DNA from: Candidatus Woesearchaeota archaeon
Lineage (GTDB): Archaea > Nanobdellota > Nanobdellia > Woesearchaeales > SKGA01
Direction of reading: 5' to 3'
Assembly: GCA_016926395.1 (NCBI GenBank)
Contig: JAFGOT010000014.1
Span: forward strand, 1 to 64,000
Length of the DNA stretch: 64,000 nt
The notes below the pieces were generated by a model. That model made no database searches. It was not told the DNA's origin and saw nothing but the letters and a program-made list of their open reading frames with translations. A program made the translations under genes and the position numbers. Positions 1 to 10,313 of this stretch are shown here, in pieces (the stretch's first letter is position 1; every line of letters starts with the position of its first letter).

Positions 1-2643
1 AATGTTAATAATACTGTAACTACAAACTTTACGGTTAGAGATAGTATTGCTCCAGTAATTAACGACTATAATGCAACACCTCAAACTAATTATTACAATG
101 AAAACATTACTATTTTTGCTAACGTAACTGATAACGTTATGGTTAGTTCTGTTCTAGTTGAAATTTTAGGAATTAACTATAGTATGCAAAATATTAGTGA
201 TCAGATTTACAGATTTACATTCAATACAAACATTACTGTTCCTGGAACTTACAATTACACAATTTATGCTAATGATACTAGTGTCCCTGATAACTGGGCT
301 ATTTCACAAACTGGTAATTTTACAATTATAAAAGCAATTTCAGACATCCATCTTTTCTTGGATGGCTTCGAAGGCGACTACAGCATTAACGAAGATGTTC
401 TTTTGAACATTACATCTGTGCTAAACATCCCACCACTGCCTTCGGAGTTTATCCAACTTTACATCAATGGAACACTTAGCGGTAATGGAAGTAGTCCTGT
501 AACGAATACCACCACTTTCCAACCAGGATATTATAATGTGACTGCTGTTTATGTTGGAAACGAAAACTACACTGGAAGTAATGTAACTTACTTCATGCAA
601 ATTAATGACACCACAAATCCAAATGTGACAGTATTACTTCCAATAAATGGAACCATAATAAACGAATTAGATAATATCACCTTAGAACTTAACGTTACTG
701 ATAATGTTGCTGTTGATACTGTTCTTGCTAATGTAAGCTGGCACAACGGTTTAGAATTTGAAATTGTAATTTTATCAAATATTGGCGATATTTACAATTT
801 CACTTTCAGTAATACTAGTTTTATTGGTCTTTACAATATTACTTTTATCGCAAACGATACAACTGGAAATATAAATAATACTCAAATGGCTTATTTTATA
901 GTAAGAGACTCAACACCTCCAGTAATAAACAATTATAATGCAAGTCCAAATAGTACTGAATATGAGAACAACATCACTATCTTTGCTAATGTAACTGATA
1001 ATGTTAATGTTAGTGGTGTTTGGGTAGAGATTGAAGGATTAAATCATACGATGACTAATGTTGGAGATATTTATAGTTATGAATTTAACACAACAGATTA
1101 CAATGCAGGAAATTATACTTATTTCATATATGCTAATGATACTAGTGTTCCTGATAATTGGGCAATTAATGTAACAGGCAACTTTGAAATACAAAGAGCA
1201 ACAAGCATAATGCACTTATACTTAAATGGAACTGAAGATAATTATACAGTTAATGAAGATACTGACTTTAACATAACTGCAATATTACAAAAACCAAGTT
1301 TCCCACAAAACGTTCAAATTTATAAGAATGGATCTTTAATTGCAAATAGCAGTAGTCCTGTAACAAATATTTCACAACACCAACCAGGATTATATAACAT
1401 CACTGCAATTTACTTAGGAAACATAAATTATAGAAGCGTTATGATATCTTACTTCTTAGATGTATTAGATATTACTAATCCGGATGTTATTGCAGTCTTA
1501 CCAATATTAAATGACACTATTAATGAAACACTAAATGTGACAATACAAGCAAATGTTACTGATAATGTTGCTGTTGATAAAGTATTTGCGAATATCTCTT
1601 GGAATGGAACTTGGGAATGGTTAGAATTAGAACACCAAGGAGGAGAAATATATAATGGAACATTTAATAGAACTACTTGGATTGGACCATATCATGTACA
1701 ATTCTTTGCAAATGATACTAGTGGTAATATTAATGATACTGCTTGGACTAATTTCACAATTAAAAAAAGAAATGCTTACAACTTAACAGTTCAAGATATA
1801 ATATTTGATCCTGCAAATATAATTGAAGGACAAAATGTTACTATAAATTTACGAGTGAATAACTCAGGAGAATTAGATGCTAAAAACTTCACCGTTCAAT
1901 TAAACATAAGTTTCTTTAATGGAACAGTAACTCAAGTTCAAACATTAAATTATACTCATCTGAATTTAAGTGCATTTAGTGAAATGGATGTTAACTTTAC
2001 GTGGATTGCAAAACTGGGAACATATATTTTTGATGCTTACGCAGATGCGGAAGATAATGTAACAGAAGAGAATGAATTGGACAACAATAGAACTGAAAAT
2101 TATACTGTAAGTATTTGGCACACTCTTTATGGTGATTATGATTATGACTTTGTTTTAACTGCATCTCCAAAAGGAGATGTGATGGTTTGGAACGGAACTA
2201 TTCCTATGGGTGTTGCTTATTACTCTGATGCTGATGCAAATTATAGTCTTGATGATCTAGAACCTCTAGAAGCTAACACTTTCATATATGCCGATATGGC
2301 ATTAGGTGTTCAAGGATTCCTAGATTCAATAAGTAAAACTTATGATGTTAATAATAATGGTATTGCTGATCAAATGAAAACAATTGTTGTCGATGGTCGA
2401 ACAGTAAATAATGTACCTTACGTTCTTTCAACCAACTCAACTAATTTCATAACTGCGGTAATGTATGATAGTGCGGATGGAGTTGGTTTTAATGGAACTC
2501 AAGATTTAGTGTTTGTAACTGAGATAAATGCTGAAGCAGCGGGTGCTTATGGAACATATGACTTTGAAATAAAAATACCAACCGTACTACAAAATGTAAC
2601 AGGAGGAACAAATGCAGTTAGACGAATTGATGACGTTTATTAA
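1..2643 (+). CDS. Large surface glycoprotein, 5'-truncated: tandem Ig-like repeats + CARDB-like domain + C-terminal putative filament-subunit domain
   Basis: Frame 1 is open from base 1, so the ORF-track start at 139 is internal. Repeated ANVTDNV and IYANDTSVPDNWAI motifs, very dense N-x-S/T sequons, a CARDB-like segment (YNLTVQDIIFDP...GQNVTINLRVNNSG...DAEDNVTEENELDNN), and a C-terminal ~175 aa clearly homologous to the C-terminus of 14386-18237. Confidence 0.8.
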   Translation, partial: NVNNTVTTNFTVRDSIAPVINDYNATPQTNYYNENITIFANVTDNVMVSSVLVEILGINYSMQNISDQIYRFTFNTNITVPGTYNYTIYANDTSVPDNWAISQTGNFTIIKAISDIHLFLDGFEGDYSINEDVLLNITSVLNIPPLPSEFIQLYINGTLSGNGSSPVTNTTTFQPGYYNVTAVYVGNENYTGSNVTYFMQINDTTNPNVTVLLPINGTIINELDNITLELNVTDNVAVDTVLANVSWHNGLEFEIVILSNIGDIYNFTFSNTSFIGLYNITFIANDTTGNINNTQMAYFIVRDSTPPVINNYNASPNSTEYENNITIFANVTDNVNVSGVWVEIEGLNHTMTNVGDIYSYEFNTTDYNAGNYTYFIYANDTSVPDNWAINVTGNFEIQRATSIMHLYLNGTEDNYTVNEDTDFNITAILQKPSFPQNVQIYKNGSLIANSSSPVTNISQHQPGLYNITAIYLGNINYRSVMISYFLDVLDITNPDVIAVLPILNDTINETLNVTIQANVTDNVAVDKVFANISWNGTWEWLELEHQGGEIYNGTFNRTTWIGPYHVQFFANDTSGNINDTAWTNFTIKKRNAYNLTVQDIIFDPANIIEGQNVTINLRVNNSGELDAKNFTVQLNISFFNGTVTQVQTLNYTHLNLSAFSEMDVNFTWIAKLGTYIFDAYADAEDNVTEENELDNNRTENYTVSIWHTLYGDYDYDFVLTASPKGDVMVWNGTIPMGVAYYSDADANYSLDDLEPLEANTFIYADMALGVQGFLDSISKTYDVNNNGIADQMKTIVVDGRTVNNVPYVLSTNSTNFITAVMYDSADGVGFNGTQDLVFVTEINAEAAGAYGTYDFEIKIPTVLQNVTGGTNAVRRIDDVY

Positions 2644-2742
2644 ACGACTGGATTGTAGAACTCCCTTAGATAGTGGTAACAACATATTTATAAACGAAAA
2701 AAGGCAGATAGAATGTTAACTTTACTAAAAAAGAGGCGCAGG

Positions 2743-3414
2743 ATGACAAATTTACTTAGAAGCGACTTTATTCGGCGATTTTTAATAACTTCACTAATTA
2801 TTATGCTTCTTTTAACTTCATTCCCTTTAGTAATGGGAGAGGATCCCACAACTATTTCTACAAACAGTTTAGATGTTCAAATAGGCACTATACATCAACT
2901 ACAAGTAACGATTGGAGAACCTGTTATAATGTATCAAGAGATACATGTTAGTAATATAAAAAACAAAACAATAAACTCAACAATTGTGCTATCTGATTAT
3001 CCTGACTTAATACCTGAAGTTTATTTGAATGAATATATTTCTTTATCAATAAGTTCTGTTGGTACGATTCAATCTGCGCAACCAGTGTTACCAATCGTCT
3101 TAGGTCCATATCAAAGTAAAGATTTCATACTAGAATATGAGTTTGTCCCTGTTTACAAGGATGTAATTTGTAAAGAAACAACTATACAAGATTATCTTCC
3201 AGAAGATGCAATAATTCTGCCTTCATCACTACCTCCCGAAACAGTAATTGAAAAAAAATGTAATGTAAAAATACACCACGATGGAGATATTCATTATTAC
3301 AATATAGAAATTACTCTGGAAGAATTTGAAGGAGAACAAATAAAATCAATATACTATGTCGAGGGAGATGAATACTTAAAATTAGAAAATGGAGTTATAT
3401 CTTTAACAAAATGA
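2743..3414 (+). CDS. Secreted/membrane-anchored hypothetical protein
   Basis: Hydrophobic N-terminal segment (FLITSLIIMLLLTSFPLVMG). The second ATG (2743) follows a GAGG motif; the ORF track starts at 2713. The stop overlaps the next start (ATGA). Confidence 0.65.
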   Translation: MTNLLRSDFIRRFLITSLIIMLLLTSFPLVMGEDPTTISTNSLDVQIGTIHQLQVTIGEPVIMYQEIHVSNIKNKTINSTIVLSDYPDLIPEVYLNEYISLSISSVGTIQSAQPVLPIVLGPYQSKDFILEYEFVPVYKDVICKETTIQDYLPEDAIILPSSLPPETVIEKKCNVKIHHDGDIHYYNIEITLEEFEGEQIKSIYYVEGDEYLKLENGVISLTK

Positions 3415-5036
3415 AACTAAATAACTACTTCAAAATAACTTTTATGTTTTTAGTAGTTCTAACTCTAGTTCCTTTTGTTTTAGCGGCTGCTCCTGTTGAT
3501 ATTGAAGCAGGGCATTCTTATTATGTCGAACTTGATGCAACGATGGGAACTCTAAATTGGGCAGGAGCAGAAGTTTCTCTTAGTAGCGTTCAAATTCCAG
3601 AAAGTCGTTTCCCTATAACTGCTCCAATGACTCTGGCAACACCTATGATATGGAAACCAACATTTCCAGGTGGAAATTTTGCTGATGATCACCATTATTT
3701 TGCAGCGATGTTTCCAAACCAATTTGATTTAAACAATGTACACGATATGACGCCGGCAGACTTAGCAATAAACGGAATATTCTCTGCAGCTGATTATCCT
3801 CAATTTTATCCAGATTATTTGACTAAGAAAGATGCTCCAGATAAAACATTAGTTGAACAGTCAACAATAATGATTGGAGGTCAAAATTATACATCTTATA
3901 GGGTTCTTCTTGTAAACAATATTTATATGCACGTCTTAAAATATGAAGAAAGTCCAGGAGTTTTTAGTCCTCTGTTTTTAGTGAAGTTAGAACCGGCTAC
4001 TTGTTTTACAGGAGCTTCATGTTTTAGCGAGTTCCTGCTGCCGGTTTCTTCTCGATCATACAATTTTTATGCATTAAGCGATTTACCCCAATATAGTTAT
4101 AGGGTTTGGATTGATGGTGTTGAAACAAATTATTTCCCTCAAACAGGATTGCCTCACGAATTAACTTTTGAGGTTACAAATATTTTTACTGACTCTGCTC
4201 AGCCAAATGCGAAAATTTTTGTAGGTGAAGAAGATGGCCAAAACTTATTCTTACCAAAAAGATTAAGCGGATATGTTACTGAAGCATTTTCTGTTGGCTC
4301 GACAGATGCTTCTGGAATGGAAACATTTATTGTAACGCCAACAAAATACGGAACAATTGATGATTACAAAATACATTATGGGGTGTTCTTTGGAACTGCA
4401 ATAACTAGTCCTAGAGAATTGAATATTACTTCATCAACTACTTTAGTGCAGCAGAAAAAAACATTCACACAACCAGGCCTTACAAATAATCTAAAAGTTG
4501 CAGTTAATGCAATGAACTCTATATCTGATTATCTTTACAGGTGGGCTGATTCAAACAAAGCTTTGATGTGGGGAATAAATTATGATGTTGGATCAGGAGT
4601 ATTTACAACTTATGATGATGGATCTCCAGGTCCTATCACTCTAAAAACAGGAGCAGTAAATGTTATTGACTTTGATGTTAAACTAGGTGCTGCTTCACTT
4701 CCAAATTATCAAGTAAGAGTAAAAGAAGGAGATGGTTATTTAGTTATGAATCCTTACACTGGTTCATCGCCATTAACACAAAAAACAAGATCTCATTATC
4801 AAGTAGTTGACAGTCCAACACAACTAATAGTCACGCCTACTACTTACAATGATGTATCATCAACAATATCTGTGGATATAATTGATCCCTCATTTCAAGT
4901 AATTAATACGTATGTATTTGCAGTAGATGCAAATTTAGAAGATCCTGTAGGGAGTTTCTTTAGCAACAACTTACTAAAAACAATATCTGTTGCAATGAAA
5001 CAAATACTAAGTTCGATGTTTTACTCATTGAACTAA
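3411..5036 (+). CDS. Secreted protein: N-terminal diverged filament-subunit-like domain + module shared with the next gene
   Basis: Sec signal peptide. IEAGHSYYVELDATMGTLNWAG and EFLLP...YNFY resemble the 236/227-aa proteins. IDG..FP..P..F.V.N..NA..E..G..L..P..TD..G..F..PT is shared with 5091-6881. Confidence 0.7.
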   Translation: MKLNNYFKITFMFLVVLTLVPFVLAAAPVDIEAGHSYYVELDATMGTLNWAGAEVSLSSVQIPESRFPITAPMTLATPMIWKPTFPGGNFADDHHYFAAMFPNQFDLNNVHDMTPADLAINGIFSAADYPQFYPDYLTKKDAPDKTLVEQSTIMIGGQNYTSYRVLLVNNIYMHVLKYEESPGVFSPLFLVKLEPATCFTGASCFSEFLLPVSSRSYNFYALSDLPQYSYRVWIDGVETNYFPQTGLPHELTFEVTNIFTDSAQPNAKIFVGEEDGQNLFLPKRLSGYVTEAFSVGSTDASGMETFIVTPTKYGTIDDYKIHYGVFFGTAITSPRELNITSSTTLVQQKKTFTQPGLTNNLKVAVNAMNSISDYLYRWADSNKALMWGINYDVGSGVFTTYDDGSPGPITLKTGAVNVIDFDVKLGAASLPNYQVRVKEGDGYLVMNPYTGSSPLTQKTRSHYQVVDSPTQLIVTPTTYNDVSSTISVDIIDPSFQVINTYVFAVDANLEDPVGSFFSNNLLKTISVAMKQILSSMFYSLN

Positions 5037-5090
5037 AAAGATATAAATGAATCACGCTCACAAAATCACGCGAAAAAGGTTGAGGAAAAA

Positions 5091-6881
5091 ATGAAATTTA
5101 AAAAAATGTTTGGAGTCTTTTTGATAGCAATATTAACTTTGTTATCGTTGTCGTTAGTTATAGCAGATACGTCAGCATTTAAGAACAATGCTGGAGCAAC
5201 ACAATCGTTGTATTATACAGGAACTAGTCTAAACCCAGGTAACCTTTTCGCAGATGCTATCACTCCAAACCAAGATATAAAAATAGAAGTATGTGATTTT
5301 GATCCTCAATTTGTTGGTGGTTTTTATGCATTAAATGCAAGCGGAACATGGTATAATGCTTTAGTATCTTATTCTACAAGTACGAATGCTTTAGCAGCAA
5401 CAACAAACAGCGGCGGTGCTTGTTATCAAACACTGCCTAGTGCTTTAACAGTTTCTCCTTCTAACTTAGTTCCATTTGGGGGACAACCAGATCCTGAAGT
5501 ATTCAAAGCAGCACTTCCAGGAAATTTATTTATTGGTTATGCTGGAAGCGTTAATCCGGGGGCTGCAATAAATGGATTTGTTACGCCATCAGGTAACACA
5601 AGACTTTTAGGAAGTTATAATATTGATAGACAGTTTGACCAAGTAACTCGAGTTATAAGTTTTCAAGGAACCCCGCAAGTAACATTTCAAACAAATCCTG
5701 GATCTTTTTCAAAACCAATAAATGATCCTGTTTATGGGATAAGTGCTGAAAGACCTGCAGTATTTGGTGTTTGTGATGATAGTTATGGGGTAGAATGTTC
5801 AGATGGGGCTCTTCTTAATTCTGCAACATTTAACGATATGGATACTGGGCTTAATCCATCACAAGTAAATGATCAAAGTGTTCACACAAAATATGTTGTA
5901 TTAAATGGACTTGGTTATGATGTTTGTATTGGAGCTAATCTAGGTCCTCAAATAAATACAATCGATCCTGATCCTGTATATTATAGTCAAGATTTAGAAG
6001 TGAATATTACTTTAACAAACAATAGAATTGGAACAAAAGATCAATATGGTGGAAATGTTGATGTGACAAATAACTTTGATGTTTTATTTGAAATTTATCC
6101 GCAAGGGCAACCATCCAATTTAACATTTAATGCAACTTTTAGAGTTAGTGATAATTTAGTTCCAATGGGAAGTTATTTTGCAAGTTTAATTTGGCCAGCA
6201 TATGCTCACAGTGGTATGTATACTGCAAGAATTACTGTTGATGTTGCAGATGAAATTGCTGAATGTGTTGAAACTGATAATATTGTAACGATGAATTTTG
6301 AGCTAAGACCAATAACGATACCAACATTTGTAATTGATGGAATTTCAAGAACTAATTTTCCTGTAGCAAATGTTCCTTATAATGTGTCTTTTCATGTAGA
6401 AAACTCTGATGGAGATGTATTAAACAATGCTGAAGTGATAATGAAGGAAGTAAATGGTTTAACACTAAGTGCACCAACACAAATATTTAATCGAACAACA
6501 GATGAATTTGGTTCAATAGAAAAATCTGGTGTAATTGCAACAAATGAAGCAAAATTCTACACTGATTATTACGGTAATGCTAACTTTGTTTATATTCCAA
6601 CATATAACAAATTATATTTGCCACAATATGGTTACACAAATATTGGTGATTATATAGGGCCTTATAGTTTATCAATGTATGGAACACAAGGCGATGGAAC
6701 GCCTTTTAAATTCGTTGTGAGTGGGGATTTGCTTGATGAGTTTCCATTAGGAATACAAGATTACACTGCAACACAACCTTATAGTTTCAAAGGAATAATG
6801 AACTCAAGAATTGTTTCTCAAGTAATGGACTTTATGTACCAAACATACTCTCATTTCTTGAAAGTAATAAAGATAAACTAG
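5091..6881 (+). CDS. Secreted protein with CARDB-like domain and C-terminal module paralogous to 3411-5036
   Basis: Signal peptide, Cys pairs, CARDB-like motif (SGMYTARITVDVADEIAECVETDN), amphipathic C-terminal helix. Confidence 0.7.
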   Translation: MKFKKMFGVFLIAILTLLSLSLVIADTSAFKNNAGATQSLYYTGTSLNPGNLFADAITPNQDIKIEVCDFDPQFVGGFYALNASGTWYNALVSYSTSTNALAATTNSGGACYQTLPSALTVSPSNLVPFGGQPDPEVFKAALPGNLFIGYAGSVNPGAAINGFVTPSGNTRLLGSYNIDRQFDQVTRVISFQGTPQVTFQTNPGSFSKPINDPVYGISAERPAVFGVCDDSYGVECSDGALLNSATFNDMDTGLNPSQVNDQSVHTKYVVLNGLGYDVCIGANLGPQINTIDPDPVYYSQDLEVNITLTNNRIGTKDQYGGNVDVTNNFDVLFEIYPQGQPSNLTFNATFRVSDNLVPMGSYFASLIWPAYAHSGMYTARITVDVADEIAECVETDNIVTMNFELRPITIPTFVIDGISRTNFPVANVPYNVSFHVENSDGDVLNNAEVIMKEVNGLTLSAPTQIFNRTTDEFGSIEKSGVIATNEAKFYTDYYGNANFVYIPTYNKLYLPQYGYTNIGDYIGPYSLSMYGTQGDGTPFKFVVSGDLLDEFPLGIQDYTATQPYSFKGIMNSRIVSQVMDFMYQTYSHFLKVIKIN

Positions 6882-6893
6882 AGGATTTGCTAA

Positions 6894-9452
6894 ATGAACA
6901 AAAAAATTAAAATCTTTTTATTTTTGTCAGTTTTACTATTGTTAAATATATCTTTAGCAAGTGCTCTTATTAGTTCAAGATTTGTTGATGTAAATGGAAA
7001 CCCAGTTGATAACCTGATTTATGATCGATCTAACACTTCATATAATACAACTGAAAATAATGTTTCTTTTGTAGCTGGTTATTATGGGAGTGATTCATAC
7101 ATGGATGATTCTGGTTCAAATCCAAATTTATTTTTAGAAGTTTGTCATCCAAATTTAACTTTAAATGACAAGATTGATTTGGTTTATGCAACTGAGGATC
7201 GAAAGAAATTAACTTCTGTATTAACCATGTTACCTGAAATTAGCTCTTATAATTCTTATGGCATAGGTAATGACACATATCAATGTGCAACTGTAGATGT
7301 TGATTTATCAGGAATGTTTGCTTTATACCCGGGTCATGTACTAACTCATATTATTCCTAATGGGACTGTTTATGACTATAATAATTTTGATAGTAGTTTT
7401 GGAACTTATCTTTTACCATTAAATGATTTGTTTTTTAATGGAAGTTACAAAGTAGGTGTGAGTATTCAAGGACCTCCAAAAGTTTATTATTTTTCTGTAG
7501 TTGAAACATTTGATCAATATGGTATTCCATTTACAAGGTCAGCTAATCAATTAATGACTAGTTTTTTAAGAGGAAATGGGTCTGTAATATCAACTAATAA
7601 ATTAACTCCTTCAGAAACATTTACGTATCCTGGAGAGATTGTAGGTGGAGAAACGGTTTATGTAAATGGCTTATTGGCTTTGGAATTGAAAGTATATGAT
7701 CCTTGTTCGCCAATAAATGATACGGGTTACTACATATTAAATAGTTCTGAGTTTTCTTTAACTGAAGATTGTATTCTTGTTAATAGAACAGATAATGTTG
7801 TAATTAACTTTGCAGGAGAAGTTATTGATGGAGATGGCGATGAAACCAACGGAAGTAAAGTTGATGAAAAGTGTTCTGTAAGAATAGAAGATTCTCAAAA
7901 TGTTACTTTAGAAAATTTCTTCGTACAAGATTTTTATTATGGTCTTTGTGTAAAAAACAGTACAGTGCTTGTATATGGAACGGGTGCTTACAATAACTAT
8001 CAAGGTGCTAAAATTTATCTTGGAAGTAATGTAAAATTAGTTGATTTAGATTTGATGAATAATGATTCTGAAATAAAATCATTTTATAATTCAACAGTTG
8101 AACTAGTGGATGTTAACTTTACAACAGCTCATCTAAAAGCAGATATACGAGATGCTATGGTTAAAGCTGTTCCTGTGCCTCCGCCAAGTTTACAACAACT
8201 AAATATATCTACTAATAGTCGAGACATAAACCAATATATTCAAGTAAGTAACATGAGTGTTAACAACTCTTATGCACAAATAAGTTTTTATTATACTGAT
8301 CCTATGCCTAATAAAGTAACAGTTAACAATATTAGTATTTACAAATATAATGGTTCATTTTACAAACAAAACGACACTGTTTACATCGTTAATGGAACTC
8401 CTTACCTCGCAAATGGAGATATGTGGGCAAATGGTAATTGGACAAAACTATTCACAACAATTTCTCCATCTGAGAGCTTAATATTAGGTCCAATGTTAAC
8501 CAGTTTTTCTGTATTTGCACCATTTGGGTATTCTACTCTATCAGAAGGAGAAGACCAGCCTGGTGATGGAACAACAGCTGGAACAGTGCCAAAACCAGAA
8601 CCTGATCCTCAACCAAAACCAGAAGCAGGTTCAACACAAGGTGGTGGAGGAACTCCTGCTAAGACTCAATATAGAGATATATTTGAAGTTGGTCCATTAA
8701 AACCTATTGTTATACAACTTGACATCCCAAAAAACGTTACTTTAATGCAAGGAGAAGCAGGCGAGGTTATATTTAATATATCTAACTTGGGAGATGGTGT
8801 TCCTGATATTTTAACTGTAGGTCCAAAAGTCTTGAATGGTTGGGAACATACAAACAGCACCATATATGAGCTGTTACCTGATGAAACTCGAATGGGTTCA
8901 TTTATGATTGCACCTTATGAAAAACAAAAACCAGGAACGTATCAAGTTCCAATACATGTTTGGCTTCCATCTGATGGTGAAGATGTAACTTTAGTAAAAC
9001 AATTTATGGATGTAACTGTCATACCAAGAGGGGACTTGAAACGAATTAGGGTTGAGGAGTATCCTCCAGAAATTCAAGCTACACCTTTCTCTGAGCAAGA
9101 AATATCCTTTAACATAAAAAACATTGGAGACGCTCCACTAGATCACATTATTGTAAAATTAGATAGTTCAAATTGTTTACTTGATATACAAGGAAATGAA
9201 CAAAAAATAAAAGTAGGTTCATCTGGGCAAGTAACTTACAAGTTCTCATTTGCTGATAAAGGAGATTGTGATTATAACTTAAAATTCTATGATGGATCGG
9301 ATTTGATTGGTTTTGTACCTTTAAAAATCAGTGTTAGTGATAAATTCACAAAAGAAGAATTGATTAAAATATCTATAATGACTATAATTGTTATTGGATG
9401 GACTGCATTAAGTGTCCTAATAATCTCAAGAAGAAGAAAACAGGTGGCTTAA
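6894..9452 (+). CDS. Membrane-anchored surface glycoprotein (beta-helix-like segment, PGF-pre-PGF-like domain, Pro-rich linker, Ig-like domains, C-terminal TM)
   Basis: Signal peptide; beta-helix-like stretch (VRIEDSQNVTLENFFVQDFYYGLCVKNS); SFSVFAPFG motif; PKPEPDPQPKPE linker; C-terminal hydrophobic helix followed by SRRRK. Confidence 0.7.
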   Translation: MNKKIKIFLFLSVLLLLNISLASALISSRFVDVNGNPVDNLIYDRSNTSYNTTENNVSFVAGYYGSDSYMDDSGSNPNLFLEVCHPNLTLNDKIDLVYATEDRKKLTSVLTMLPEISSYNSYGIGNDTYQCATVDVDLSGMFALYPGHVLTHIIPNGTVYDYNNFDSSFGTYLLPLNDLFFNGSYKVGVSIQGPPKVYYFSVVETFDQYGIPFTRSANQLMTSFLRGNGSVISTNKLTPSETFTYPGEIVGGETVYVNGLLALELKVYDPCSPINDTGYYILNSSEFSLTEDCILVNRTDNVVINFAGEVIDGDGDETNGSKVDEKCSVRIEDSQNVTLENFFVQDFYYGLCVKNSTVLVYGTGAYNNYQGAKIYLGSNVKLVDLDLMNNDSEIKSFYNSTVELVDVNFTTAHLKADIRDAMVKAVPVPPPSLQQLNISTNSRDINQYIQVSNMSVNNSYAQISFYYTDPMPNKVTVNNISIYKYNGSFYKQNDTVYIVNGTPYLANGDMWANGNWTKLFTTISPSESLILGPMLTSFSVFAPFGYSTLSEGEDQPGDGTTAGTVPKPEPDPQPKPEAGSTQGGGGTPAKTQYRDIFEVGPLKPIVIQLDIPKNVTLMQGEAGEVIFNISNLGDGVPDILTVGPKVLNGWEHTNSTIYELLPDETRMGSFMIAPYEKQKPGTYQVPIHVWLPSDGEDVTLVKQFMDVTVIPRGDLKRIRVEEYPPEIQATPFSEQEISFNIKNIGDAPLDHIIVKLDSSNCLLDIQGNEQKIKVGSSGQVTYKFSFADKGDCDYNLKFYDGSDLIGFVPLKISVSDKFTKEELIKISIMTIIVIGWTALSVLIISRRRKQVA

Positions 9453-9453
9453 A

Positions 9454-9765
9454 ATTAGTAGAGATGATTTATTTGATCCTTTCCTTGATGATGTGAAGGG
9501 TGTCAAAACAAAAAAAGACAAGAAAAAAGAGAAAACAGAAGAGTCTCTTTATGGTCCTGCTAGTTTTGACTTTGGTGATGATAAGGATGATGATGATTCT
9601 TATAGTTCTAAATCTTTTAATAAAAAAGGAAATGATGAACAAGAAAAAGTCACCATCCAAACTCTTTTTGAATTTAAACCATGGGAAATTGGTGTTTTAG
9701 TGGTTGAGTTATTATTGGTTTTATATTTAGTTTTAGTAGTACTAAGAATTATTCCTATATTCTAG
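9454..9765 (+). CDS. Small C-terminally anchored membrane protein
   Basis: Charged D/K-rich N-terminus and one C-terminal TM helix. The ORF track starts at GTG 9493, but the frame is open to an ATT at 9454 that lies 7 nt after AGGTG. Confidence 0.6.
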   Translation: MSRDDLFDPFLDDVKGVKTKKDKKKEKTEESLYGPASFDFGDDKDDDDSYSSKSFNKKGNDEQEKVTIQTLFEFKPWEIGVLVVELLLVLYLVLVVLRIIPIF

Positions 9766-9789
9766 ATAAAATTTTATTTAATAAAAAAA

Positions 9790-10218
9790 TTAAGCTCGTT
9801 GAAGAGAAAGAATAATTGTTCTGATTCTTTTTTGAAGTTCACTAATTTCTTCTTTGTTTAAATCTTGACCACGATAAGATATTTTAATCATATCTTCAAA
9901 GAAATCCATTAATATTTTTCTAAAGTTTTTATCCATATTAACATGGTTAAGTTCATTAGCTATTTCTGCAAAAGAATCTGCTTCAATATTAAACTTCATC
10001 TTTGTTTTTTCAAAAATTTGCTTAGCTAATTTGTCAAGGTTGTGAAGAGAACCATCTGCAAAAGCATTGTTTAATTTGTTGTCTATAACTACATCTGAAA
10101 TTTCATGACTTAATTTATCAAACGATTCCTCTAATTGATTCATACGTTTCCAAAAATAATACCCGATACCACCTGCAGCACCAAGCGCTACGATGGAAAT
10201 TACAGTTGCAATAGACAC
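9790..10218 (-). CDS. Hypothetical single-pass membrane protein (helical cytoplasmic domain)
   Basis: GTG start 5 nt after GGTG; N-terminal TM helix; last gene of the MoxR-DUF58-vWA run. Confidence 0.65.
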   Translation of the reverse strand: MSIATVISIVALGAAGGIGYYFWKRMNQLEESFDKLSHEISDVVIDNKLNNAFADGSLHNLDKLAKQIFEKTKMKFNIEADSFAEIANELNHVNMDKNFRKILMDFFEDMIKISYRGQDLNKEEISELQKRIRTIILSLQRA

Positions 10219-10313
10219 AATCTCACCTTAAAACAGACTTCAGCTTGCTGATAAACTGCAATACTGATTTCTGTGTTTGTATTTTAATTGACTTTTATCC
10301 TTTAAAAACGTTT

